From Klebsormidium nitens (Eukaryota > Plantae > Klebsormidiophyceae), in assembly GCA_000708835.1 (NCBI GenBank), contig DF236980.1:225999-289998 (forward strand): 64,000 nt of DNA. Reading direction: 5' to 3'. Position numbers and translations under genes: made by a program. This document shows positions 40,001-51,337 of the stretch, in pieces. The first letter of the stretch is position 1. Each line of letters opens with the position of its first letter. The notes under the pieces were generated by a model, which did not search any database, was not told the origin of the DNA, and worked only from the letters and a program-made list of their open reading frames with translations.

Positions 40001-42639
40001 TCGCGCTCTTCGTCTCCGACTGCTTCGGCGGCAGCGACCGCAGCGATGACCTCGTCACCTTTCGTCGGGCGACTCTCAGCATCCCTTCCCCCAATTTGCG
40101 CAGCCCCCTGATGACGTCATCCAGCCACTCGATGACTTCACCCGGCGCGGGCTCCGCCAGCCTGGCGGCGCAAGCAGCGGCGGCGCTGCCGGGTTTGCGG
40201 GCCCTGTGCGAGGGCGCGGTGCGCTTCCTGAAGCAGCGGCGGGGGTCGAACGTCGTGCCGATCGGGGCCCTCCCGGTCGGCATCTGCCGGCACCGCGCGA
40301 TCCTCTTCAAGTACCTGTGCGACCGCGCGAGCCCTTTAATTAAGTGCGAGCTGGTGCGTGGTTATCTAGACTACGAGCCTCACGCCTGGAACATGGTCCT
40401 CTTTGAGGAGGAGGGGGAGCTACGCCGATTGCTGGTCGACGCGTGCCGGCCGGGGCGGATACACAACGAGGGCGAGGGTGACACGGCGGTTCGGTACCTT
40501 CCGCTCAAACGGATCAATATCGAGCACTTTGGGGCTGCTTTTCCAGCGAGTAACGGGACAGCCGCTGAGGAGATTGCGCTTCACGAAGAGATCGGACGGG
40601 GATCCTCCGGCGCCGTCGTCCGGCGGTGTACGATCGGCGGCGCCACGGTCGCCGCCAAAGTGGTCTCGTCCGGGGCCCTGTCACGGGGCTCGGCGGCAGG
40701 CGCCACAGGGCAAAACCGGGCGGCCTGCGCCCCACAGGGCCTCAGCGAGCTGCGGACGCTGTACAGCCTGGGGCCCCACCCGTGCATCGTCCGGTGCCAC
40801 GGACACCAGATCCGGGCGTCCGAAAGCGGAAGCTCGCCGCACGAGCTGCGAATCTTTCTCGAACACTTCCAGTCGGGGTCGCTTGAGGCGCTCATCAGAC
40901 GGCGGTCCGACCAGGGTTTGGAGGCGCCTCTGCCCCCCTTGCTGGCGGTTCAAATCGCACTCCGGCTCGCGCGGGGGTTGAGCTTTCTTCATTCACGGGG
41001 GATCATCCACCGGGACGTGAAGTCGGGGAACGTGCTAGTGGAAGTAGTGCCCGGGGGAACGCCCCGGGTGAAGCTGTGCGACTTCAGCAGCGCGGTGCCG
41101 GTGGGGTCGAGTTCGGCGGATCTGGGGGGGAGTTTTGCGCTGGGAGGGAACCCCCCGGCGGACGTGTGCGTCGGGACGCCGAGGTGGATGGCGCCGGACG
41201 TCCTGAGGGCCATGTACGGCCGGCATCCGTATGGAACCGTGAGTCACTTTCTCCCTTTGGAACTTCTTCATTTAGAAGCTCGACAGGCTGCATCTGATTC
41301 GCGGGCTTGAGTTTGTTCGCGTTTCAAGACACTTTGATGTGCCAGCTTTTTCCATGCCAGATAAAGGTGAAGGTTGCAGGAACGCTCTTTCTGGGCTGCT
41401 TTGTTGCTGACGTGCTGAGCTTCTTTAAATGGTGCAAGTTGCCTGCTACTTTGATCAAGCTCCCTTTTGCTCGCACCAGAAGAAACACTTCTCTGGGGCA
41501 GGTTCGCAAATTCGTAATCCAACCGTTTTCTTTCAAAAACATTCCCTTGTCCTTTTGGTGAGCACACTCGAGCTCGTTACGAGTCTGGTATAGAATTTAG
41601 CTGGGATGTTCAACGGAGCACCGACACTCCTAGGGTACTGACCGCTTTCTTTCGCTCTGCAGGAAGCTGATGTCTGGTCGTTTGGCTGCGTCGTCCTGGA
41701 GATGCTGACACTTGCGCCCCCGTACAGCGGTTTGACAGAAGCCCAGGTGCACTCATGGATTCAGGTGATGCATCCTTTGGTGACTTGGTTGTAATGCATT
41801 ACTTGGTCACTTCGTAATTCTGCGTTCCCGATCACGCCTTGCAGTGACCGAAAACCAAATGCTACGAAACTTATGTCTATCACCGATCCTCTGTAGGAGT
41901 CCTCGCTTTCAAGGATATACGTTCTCGATGCTTTACAAACCATTCACGACAATATTCAGTTTGGGGGTTCCCTCTTATCGTTTACCTTACCTCCTTGCCG
42001 TTCCTAGATTTCAGATCGGAATGTCCTTTCTAGCGCTCCGTAGAATGCTTGAACTTTCAAGAAGTCGTGAGCGCATTAATTTCCCGTGATTGCCATGAAT
42101 ATGGGAGCCTTCAAGTTCTTGTCGGGCTCTGTTTATGCTTTTCGGGCTCTGATTCTTTTCTATTGTTTGCGGGCCGGCAGATTGGTCGTCGCCCCGACCT
42201 GCCCTCGGACATGCACCAGCTGCGTCCGCAACCCCTGCATTCCAGCCTGGAAGACCTCCTTGTGTCAATTCCCGGGGAGGATGAGGAGGCCCTGTCTTTG
42301 CGGGCCCTCGTGGGCGTCTTCTACGCTTGCACCGTTGGCGACGCGGCTCTTCGCCCCAAGGCATCCCATATCGTGGGGGTCCTGGAAAAGGTACTAGAAA
42401 GGAAGCTGGTAGAGAAAGTGGAAATGGAAGAGGAGGAGGGAGCTGACAGAGAGGGGGCGGATAGCGAGCCTGGAACCGAGGGGGAAGGAGAAGGGAGCTC
42501 AGGGAATGAGGAGGGGGCTAGCGAGGAGTCGTTTGCTGATCAGTCGCCAGAAGAAGCCGCAGTGCAAAGCGGTTCTCAGGAAGAAGAGATCAAAGTAACG
42601 AGTAAAGACGAGAAAGTGAATGAGCATCCTTCTAGTTGA
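37096..42639 (+). CDS. LRR + EDR1-type domain + C-terminal Ser/Thr kinase; exons 37096-37586, 37924-38191, 38485-39485, 39900-41238, 41663-41764, 42181-42639
   Basis: LxxLDLSFNxI repeats, an acidic linker, DGFYDPGRDRPF, LALFVSDCFGG, GICRHRAILFKYLCD, PHAWN, IGRGSSG, HRDVKSGN, KLCDFS, GTPRWMAPD and ADVWSFG. Phases are consistent. Confidence 0.92.
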
Positions 42640-43380
42640 CGGAGCCGCGGAACTGTTGAGATACTGGACGAGCACACACCACAGCATGCCTGCGTATGGA
42701 GCTTGCGTGGGTGCTGCTACACCTAAGCCTTCAGCAAGTTCATTCAGGTTGTCAAGACTGAGTGTATGAGAATTTATAGGCTGGCAAAAGGTTCTCATTG
42801 CGCCGCGGCTGCGTATGGCAAAACTCACGCATGCCACTATATGAGGCCGGCCCTTCTCAAAGTTTTTCTGTCCTAGGGCCCAGTGCGCGATCGAGGGACG
42901 CATCTGTTTCCACGTGCGCTGCCGGAGAATTATATATCTCGTTTACCTCGATCTCAAGTTGGCGAAGGGGGCCCACGCACATATATGCATGGTCTATATA
43001 CGTACATAGGCGGCATCGAACATGTGTGCATTATCCAATGATCATATAAGCAATAGAGTCTCAGGCTTGATATTGTCTATGGCCCCATGCATTTGCGCAT
43101 CAATATTGCGTAAATGCACTGGCTGCCTGCCTGTTGAAACCAAATGGGCACAAATAATAAGAGACGGTCGCTCATAATGCTGTACTACTCCAATGATCAA
43201 CATAACGCGTGGTCATCTGAATGCTGGCGTCAACTTCATCGCCTGGCTGGCAGGAATTGGACTCGGTTTAGCTCGCCTTTCTCAATGTGCGCTCCTTTAA
43301 CTGTATCCCAATACCATGCCATGCTGAACAGGCTACCGTACGTGCGCGCTCCGAAACTTCAAAAGCAGGCAACCGACACT

Positions 43381-46300
43381 TTAGACCACGGACGGTAACG
43401 CAACCGTCTCGTAGCTGAAGAACGTCGACGCCCCGGTCACTTCGACGAAGCAGTACTTGAGGGGCACGCCCTCCTCGCCATAAAGTTCCCGGTACAAGTG
43501 CAACTCCTTCCGAGTGGGCGGCTGAGTCCTGCAAAACGAAGCTTCCTTTCAGCTCCAAGCGTCCGCGGTGGCCCGATTGGGACCTCCAGTAATCCTGTCA
43601 GTCTTACTAACGCGTGACGTCAAGAAAGCTTCTGAAGTTCGCAGCGTGACGGATTGCGTGCGCATCCCGTTTGTAATATTGCTCACACTTCGTCTAACGT
43701 GGGGCGGCAAACCTGGCCCCCATCTTGCTCTGGTTTTGCAAACGAGCGACGCAAAAGGCCACGGCCGTCTGCGAACTGCCTAAGGCTTAGGGATTGTTGT
43801 ACGAGCCCCCAATCCCGAGTGGAAAGTCTCTTTGAGCCGCGAATGCAGAGACGAAGACAGGTGGCCCTGAAGCTTGGCGAAGGTATCAACGACAGATCAC
43901 CGACTGCACGGGGCTTATTAGTGCGTCTAACTTCTGCTGCTCCGCGGGAGACTACAAAAGGGCCTGGCGGACTTTGAGAATAGCAAGCCCAAACCTCCGC
44001 ACGTCCGAAGCACCTGTTCTACACTAAGCTTGATTAAGGACCGTAACATACACCCGAAACCCCTGGCTTGCCGCTGAATACCCTATCATGTGTCTCTTCT
44101 TTCGAGGAGTGATAATCTTACACTGGGTATACGTTATGGTTAGGCCCACAACATCGCAGATGCAAGCGAATCGGGCCTCGATGAAGGGATAAAAGTTATA
44201 TTGTATCACGCAACTTTGAACAAAAGGAGACGGAGGAGTGAGAAGGAGCAGCAAAATCTTACCCTGCGATGATGAGCCGGAAGAATGGGAGCCCCGGGTC
44301 CGTCTTGCGGAACCGCGAGTTCGGCTGCCACACGTCATACACGACCGACCGCCGCTCGCGTATTTGCGCCAAACGCTCCCCCTCGTCCGCCGCCCACATC
44401 TCCGGGTAAAGCGCTCCCCCCCCCTCGGTCGCCTGCTGTTCGGAACCCCCCGTTTCGGAACCCACTGACACTTCCGCGTTCTCACCAACTTCCGGAAACA
44501 CCCTTCTCCCAGGGGCGGGTCTTGTGCCACGTGGCTGGTCCTGAGTGAGCCGCTGCAACGGTTTCATCGTTCTCCCCGTGCCTAGTTCCCGCTTCCCCCC
44601 CCGGCCCCACATCCAGGGCCACCACCGCCACCGCAACGCGCGCCGCAGACCCCATCGGAGCTTCTGCCACGTGGACGGTTTCGGAATGGGGGGGGGCATC
44701 GTGCACCGGCTCAGGTCCAGCAACGCGTGCAACGCGCCCATGTCGACTGTCGACTCGAGGACCGCCTCCTCCGGTGACGTCAGCAAGGTCGCGTCCGGCG
44801 CGTCTGCTGACGTCGGCGCGCTCAGGGCGTCGCGTGCTTCGCCGTGCGGCTCAATGATGTCGATCGTGACGTCATCCGACCGCGGCGCACCGCCCGCCTC
44901 ATGCGACTCTATCGTTTCTGGAGCCCCGCTGCCTATCTCTACACCTTGTGCCATCGCGGCAGCTTCCGTAAACTCCCCCGCAGCAACGCTCGCTAAAGCA
45001 CCCCCCCTATTCGTTGCTTCTTCCGTCTCCCCCCCTGCCTCGCCAGGCGAATCGTCCCCCCCAGTTGTCGCGCCCTCGGTTTTGGGCCCCCCACGTTTGC
45101 GCTTCTTGGGCTGTCCAAGGAACAAGTACGGCGCGAGCGGGTGATAGTTTTTCACGTTCAGGTTTACGAACGTCGAGGCCTCGTTCAGGTCAAGGGGCCC
45201 CGGTTTTCCCTTCTTGCGTCCGGTCGGCGCAATCTCAACAGGGCCTTTCCGGAAGTCTTCTGTGCCAGCATTGGCGATTGCTTCTTCAGAAAGGCCGAGG
45301 TCTGTCTCGGGGACGGAGGTACCCACTTCGGAGTTGGAGGGATCCCCCTGGAATTCCGGCGGATCTTGTTGAGAATCGGGGTCTGCGTCCTGTACCTCGA
45401 CAATGGTCGCCTCTTTAGTTGTAGCGCTGCTAACCGATCCTTCCCCGTCGTCTCGGGCCGAAGAAAGAGTTCCATCTTGCAAAAGGACTCCGTCGTTTCC
45501 ATTTGATTGCGCCGCAACTTCAGGGGGGTCACGAACCGTCCCCTCAGCCAAAGATTCGCTTGTGTTTTCAGTCAGCGGCTCAGCAGACCCACTACAAACC
45601 TCTGCCTGGACCCCCTCCTGAGGGATCCCCCTCTCGCTCAAAGTCCCCTCTTCTCGCTCCCCCTCCCCAGGTTCGGTTGCTGCACTCGGCCCCGCATTTG
45701 CAGATTGCTCCGTAAGTGCCCCTCCCGCTCCCCCTAAGCTCTCCTCAGTGTTTCCAGCCCCGTCTTTGCTTCCAGCTCCATTCCCCTGTCCCTTTTTGCT
45801 CCCATCCCCCTTCTCCTTCTTTCCTTTCTTCTCTTTCTTCTCCTTCTTATCCGTCTTCTCCTTGCCCCCCCCCCCCTCCTTTTCCTTCTTATTTTTCACC
45901 CCTGCCTCTGCCCCTCCATTTTTACTGGTCTCGACAATTCCCCCCTCAATTCCTTTCGCACTGGCAACACCCTTTGTCTCACTACTAACCTCCCCATTCT
46001 CCCCCGTTTCCTCCCCTTTCTTCTCCCCATCCACCTTCCGCCGATTCTGAGAGACGGGATACACCCACGGCATGTCGTATCGCTGTAAAATGTACCCGAG
46101 TTTCCGCAAATTGCAGTACACGTGATAAGCCTGTAGCGGCCGCCCTTGGTGCAGCAAAAGGGAGTGGACTTGCTGAACGGATGCGGGCTCGGAACCCAAC
46201 AGAAGCAACAGGCTGCCGCGCTCGACCATGTACCTGAGGGATGCAGATTCTGGGTTAGTGCCAGGGTTGGTGCCAAGGGCTGGTGCCAAGATGCAAACTG

Positions 46301-47787
46301 GGGTTAGTCCCAAAGTTAGAGAAGAATGTACGATATTCAAAACTTGGTTTTCTTGCTGTTCGACAAGGACACAGACGCACATTGCTGGTTGCAGAATCCT
46401 GTACCTGGATTTTATGCCTCTGGCAAACAAGGTGTCAGTCGTTTGCTCCACTTCCTTGGCTTCTCAATCAAGTGCCTCGCCAGACATTTATTTGCTTTGC
46501 ATGACCGGATCAGATTTCAACATAAGCAAGGACAGGGACCAACTCGCTAAGGATGACGAACGAATTACGGGACAATCCAAAACACGTTCACAGACAAACA
46601 GAAACAGATGTCCGAAGATGGAAGAAGCGATCCGGCGGAATGAGGCGGCAGACTCACAGCGCCTCCTCGGGCTGACAGAAGATACGGCCCTGGCGCACGA
46701 TGCCCATGTTCTGCCACATGTTGCCCTTCATCACCAACGCCTCCGCCAGGCCCCGGTTCGGGTGCCACCGAGCGACAGACAGCGTTTTTCTGAGAGTGGG
46801 AACAAAAACCTGTTTGAATAACGCCCTTTCAGTTGTGGGCATCTGAAAAGGTTCTGTCATGCGACGTCTTGTTGCAAGTAGGCGCCGGGAGCTTGCCGCC
46901 ACGAGCTGGTTTTTAAGAGCATTGATTGCCACTTGTTGCCGTCGTTTAGGTGATGTGCATAAAAGAGCATTTGATGTGGTGTGCTCCAGGACGACTTGAG
47001 TCTGCGCAGCTAATGCACGAAAAGGGAAGTGAGAAAAGCTGGAGATAAAAGAGGCTGATGACTGGTCTCATTGACGCGCTCCAGGCTCCAATTTTAGATC
47101 TGTATCTTCAGACAGCGCCACAAACCATTTTCCTTGAGCCATGCAACAAACAATACGGATGGTTATGAGAGGTCATCCAGCAGCTGCTGATTGCTTGGTG
47201 GCAGCTTTTAACAAAACAAGTGGTGGACGTAACTTCCCGGGGCTAACCATAAATTATATTGGACCAACTTGTTAATATCTGCTCTGATGGTTGGGTGGTG
47301 TGGTATGAATGAGCACCAGAGCTCAACCAGTACAGTGCGAGTGGCCGCTACTCCCACAAGGCAGCGGTAATGATGCATTGAAACCGTGCGTTGCACCCAG
47401 CAGTGAATGCGGATCAGAGGGTGAGTCTTTTCAACGAGGAATCTAGTCTCGATACTCAACGAGATTGTCCAGAATGAACAAGCGCGATGGCCGTCGTTTG
47501 TTATTGGCGCTGTCCCGTCTGCCTCCGGCCAACTAGCAGAATGCTGAAGGCGCTGTTTACACAGCACGCCTATCACGACCACCTCACCTCGTCGCCAGTC
47601 TCCGCTGCGCCAGAAGCTTATACACTTCCTTCAGCGCCAGCTTTGGTTCCTCCTCGTCCTCATCCAAGTCCATGTGCTTCCTGTTTGAATCCAGGAACTC
47701 GTCTTTCTTCTTCCGCCTCCCCGCACCTTTCTTCTTCCTGCGGGCGGGCCGCCCGTCAGGGGCCGGCCGCCCAAATATGATACCCAT
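43381..47787 (-). CDS. SEN54: tRNA-splicing endonuclease subunit Sen54-like; exons 47787-47588, 46789-46658, 46233-44263, 43528-43381
   Basis: ARWHPNRGLAE..MKGNMWQNMGIVRQGRIFCQPEEALYMVERGSL, AYHVYCNLRKLGYIL, VYDVWQPNSRFRKTDPGLP and PLKYCFVE...TFFSY. The start codon is uncertain. Confidence 0.85.
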
Positions 47788-48446
47788 GACTTTGTCCAAG
47801 AAATTCTAAGAAGACTGTTAGGCCGACCGACTCAATTCACGAAGTTTTAGTTGAAGGATTGCTTGCCACACAATGTTCATATGTGACCGCCCTATCAGGC
47901 TGCTCGAAAGAAGATCGCTCACCGCCAACTTTTTTGACCATGTGGCTGACATCAGTGCAATCATTGTCTGCACGCGAGGAGAACCAAGAACATAGGTATG
48001 CACCACTGCAGCGAAAGTGGATGCAGGCACGCTTTTGGAAGTCATAGCTTATGTCTTACAAGCGTGGGGAGGCCAGTAGTTTGAACCATCGACGCAAAGA
48101 AAGGTGACAGCAGCACGATCGAACGGTTTGCCGGCTGTTTTCAGAGGGGTCCCTCAAGAGAGTCTTATACGCTATTCGCCGAGTGCACCTGTTGCAAATT
48201 AATGCTCTGATCGACAGTGAAGAAGGAGATCCAGCTGATCAGGGGGTCGATCTGCGCTTTCCCCCTAGCTCATCTTCCCTCTCATTTTGGCTCATGGTCT
48301 TTCCAAGACTCTGTGGAGAAGAACAAGGCATAGATAACCCACCCTAGAGCGCTAGCTGGCGGCAAAACATCTGTCCCGCGGATGCAGCATATGAACCTGG
48401 CCAATTTCAACCAGCCCACTTCAGCAATCATTTCTTGATCACAGCC

Positions 48447-49937
48447 ATGGTTCCTGCACCCAATGCAGACGACTCCCTCGACCCTCTGCTGCTAACCGAG
48501 GGCGGCAAGGCTCCTCTTGCACACATCCCCCCCAGACTTTCCCAACAGGAGACGCGCAATGCTGAGGTTGACATCATCTCGAATGCAGAAGATCCATTGC
48601 TAGGCAAGGCCCAGAGCTCTTCTCTTGGTTTTACAAAGCTAGATCTTCTCGAAGCGATCGACGGCCGGGCACTGGCGGGTGCGGGCACCGCAAACCAGCT
48701 CCAGACGATCTTCAACATCATCAACCTATACATGGGCATCGGAGTCTTTGTCATCGGGCACGCATTTGCTTTAGGCGGCTGGGCGACCCTCCTATTTCTC
48801 TTCCTCTTCAGCGCCGTCTTCTGCTTCAGCGCTCAGCTCCTGTGCGCGTCCTTTGAGAAGTTGCCCGGGGAAACCGCACCTAGTTACCCAGCCTTGGGTT
48901 TCCTGGCGGGCGGTGCGGTGGGGCAGTGGGGGGTATTTCTGGTCTCCGTCACGGAGTTCTTCGGCGACACCTGTATTCTGCTGTTATCCATTTGGCAGTC
49001 CTTGATTGTGCTCTTTCCCCCAAGCGGGGGAGTGTGCCTGGGGCTCGTGTGTTTAGATCCTAGGCAGTCCGTGATTCTAGCCACTTTGGTGGCGCTACTC
49101 CCGGCAATCTGGCTCCGGGGTTTCTCAAAGCTGACAGTGATAGCAGTGTCTGGGGTAGTGTCCAGTCTCGTGCTGACAGCTGTCATGGTGGGCACTGTCG
49201 TGATTGACCCAACATCAGCGCACGTGAGTGGGGAGGGATCACACCAGCACACGTTCCTCAGGGCCCCATCACTGCCAACCGGAATTGGTGTGATGCTCGT
49301 GTCGCTCTCAGGCCACCAGTCGCTGCCCTCTTTGAAGAGAAGTATGAGGCGCCCGCAGCATTTTGGGAGGTGTTTGTACGTTGCTTTTGGATCCATGTTT
49401 TTGTTGTACGCTGTAATGGGGAGCCTTTCCTACCAGTACTTTGGCGAGAGCTGCGACGTTCTGGTGACCCACAATCTCATCAAGTCAAGCGCAATTTCAA
49501 AGTGGGTCATCTTGCGGTTCGGCGCTTTTCGAGTTAGGTTAGCCCAAGTGCTCTCAGCCCTGCTCGCTCTTAGCGCATTCTCAACTACCCCGCCGGTAGT
49601 TCTTGTCTTGGGCGACCTGCTAATCGACATGACACAAGGGGGAGCACAAGGCCACGTGTCATCCTTGTTAGAAAGGGGTCTCCGAACAGCAGTTCTGCTG
49701 TTAGCTTATGCAGTTGCTATATTCTTTTATGACGTCTTGGGTCTACTTTTAAGTTTCATTGGGGGCGTTGCTAGCATGTGCTCTTCGTTGCTGCTACCTA
49801 GTCTCTTCTACTACTTGTTGCACCGAAATGAGATGATGCGTAGGCACCAGATCGTTGTAGGCAGCGTCATTTCTTTAGGAGCCGCAAGTGCAATTCTCAT
49901 CGGGGTCATCAACGTACAACAACTCAGCAACAATTGA
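48447..49937 (+). CDS. AVT1: Amino acid transporter (Aa_trans, AVT1-like), single exon
   Basis: An uninterrupted 496-aa ORF with many hydrophobic segments, TIFNIINLYMGIG, LSGHQSLPSLKRSM and an acidic dileucine-like N-terminal DDSLDPLL. Confidence 0.85.
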   Translation: MVPAPNADDSLDPLLLTEGGKAPLAHIPPRLSQQETRNAEVDIISNAEDPLLGKAQSSSLGFTKLDLLEAIDGRALAGAGTANQLQTIFNIINLYMGIGVFVIGHAFALGGWATLLFLFLFSAVFCFSAQLLCASFEKLPGETAPSYPALGFLAGGAVGQWGVFLVSVTEFFGDTCILLLSIWQSLIVLFPPSGGVCLGLVCLDPRQSVILATLVALLPAIWLRGFSKLTVIAVSGVVSSLVLTAVMVGTVVIDPTSAHVSGEGSHQHTFLRAPSLPTGIGVMLVSLSGHQSLPSLKRSMRRPQHFGRCLYVAFGSMFLLYAVMGSLSYQYFGESCDVLVTHNLIKSSAISKWVILRFGAFRVRLAQVLSALLALSAFSTTPPVVLVLGDLLIDMTQGGAQGHVSSLLERGLRTAVLLLAYAVAIFFYDVLGLLLSFIGGVASMCSSLLLPSLFYYLLHRNEMMRRHQIVVGSVISLGAASAILIGVINVQQLSNN

Positions 49938-51337
49938 CTAGGATATTTATAATGATACTGCGCGCGCGCGAATCAACAGTAGTGGACAACCTTGAGTTGC
50001 TGATAATTCAAAAAGCATTGTCAGTTCATGACGACAATATCCCCGTTGGTTCTGGCGAGCAACGAGCATCTCAATGATATTGCAGTCCGGCGCATGTGAC
50101 GGGTTTCCATAAAGCTTCAACGCGCAAGTCTCGCGTTGGACACGTAGATGGTTGTGGTCTGGCTAAGTCAACATAATCCGAAGACCACGAATTGTGGTTA
50201 ATTGCAACAATTCTAAGGAGCGTCCCAACATGGTGGACAAAATCGACTTGGGGACTATATATGTTACGATTGTTTGTCACTGCGAGTATCAGATGGGATC
50301 ATGATGCGTCATGCATGATACTTCGCTCAGATCAGTGTGCCACAGCAAGAACAACGAATAAATTGAGAACAAGCGGGCTGTCAACGACTCGTGAGAACGA
50401 GGCGAGGCGCAGGTTTGCTGCATCATGTCCATATCCGTACACTAGCCAAATCTATGATGACTTCAGTAAGGCGGCAGCTACTCGGATGATTGATGCACCT
50501 GAGATTGTGCGCGTACGGTCGAAGCGTATATTTCTAAGCATATCGGGCATACGAAGTCTTCGTTACGTCAAGAAAAGCTAGTCACTCAATTTCTGATGGC
50601 CGCTCACATCCTGATCCTTCGGGGTCATTGGTTGGATGCGATTATTGTTTGCATTACTTCATTTTCTCGTATGCTAAATGAGATAAGGTTGCGCCGCGTG
50701 ACGATTGCGGGTACCAGACGTTTCGAGGACGTCGAAGATAGTAAGCATGGTCAGCTTGGCATGTGTGCTCTCCAGCAGCTCAGATTACCAGGACGCATCG
50801 CTTTGCTGTTGACTTTCTTATCTCAACAGTGGGTTGCGGCGCAAAACTTGGCTCTTGACTGGCTGCTTGACCAGCAATGTTGCACCGCTGTCTTTCGGAC
50901 CATTGACCTTAAGAAGTCTTTGAGCCGAAGCCGAAGGCTGTTCCCCACAACGTACCTTTCGCTAACTTGAACAGATCATTGTTTGAGCGCCTGCTATCTC
51001 AAAGCAGAGTTTCACAGCAGCCTTGAAGACTTTGAAGCAGATCAGCCCTGGATATGGCCCCATGTGGTCCTTTGCGTTCGAAGTGTGAAAATCAAACATC
51101 CTAGTAATGCACCTATGCATCTACGTCTCCGATCCGTCCAGAGATGAAGAGATCAGCAGCTTTCAATGTACTAGCATCCTCTTTTTGTAGGACTGCTTTG
51201 GCTCTCTGCAGTTCTCGTTCAACGCATGCATTTCCAAGTTCAGCGAATCTTCCTTTCTCATGTGCATGTATCGTTCTGATGTGGCATCTACTTGGACCTT
51301 TCACGCGGTAAGAGAAAGTAGGTAAGGATAAGCTCCT

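Noticed and set aside
38621-46050. Long antisense or alternate-frame ORFs (e.g. 38621-39424, 44545-45144, 61158-62030)
   Set aside because: These are shadows of GC-rich coding exons on the opposite strand, with no independent motifs.
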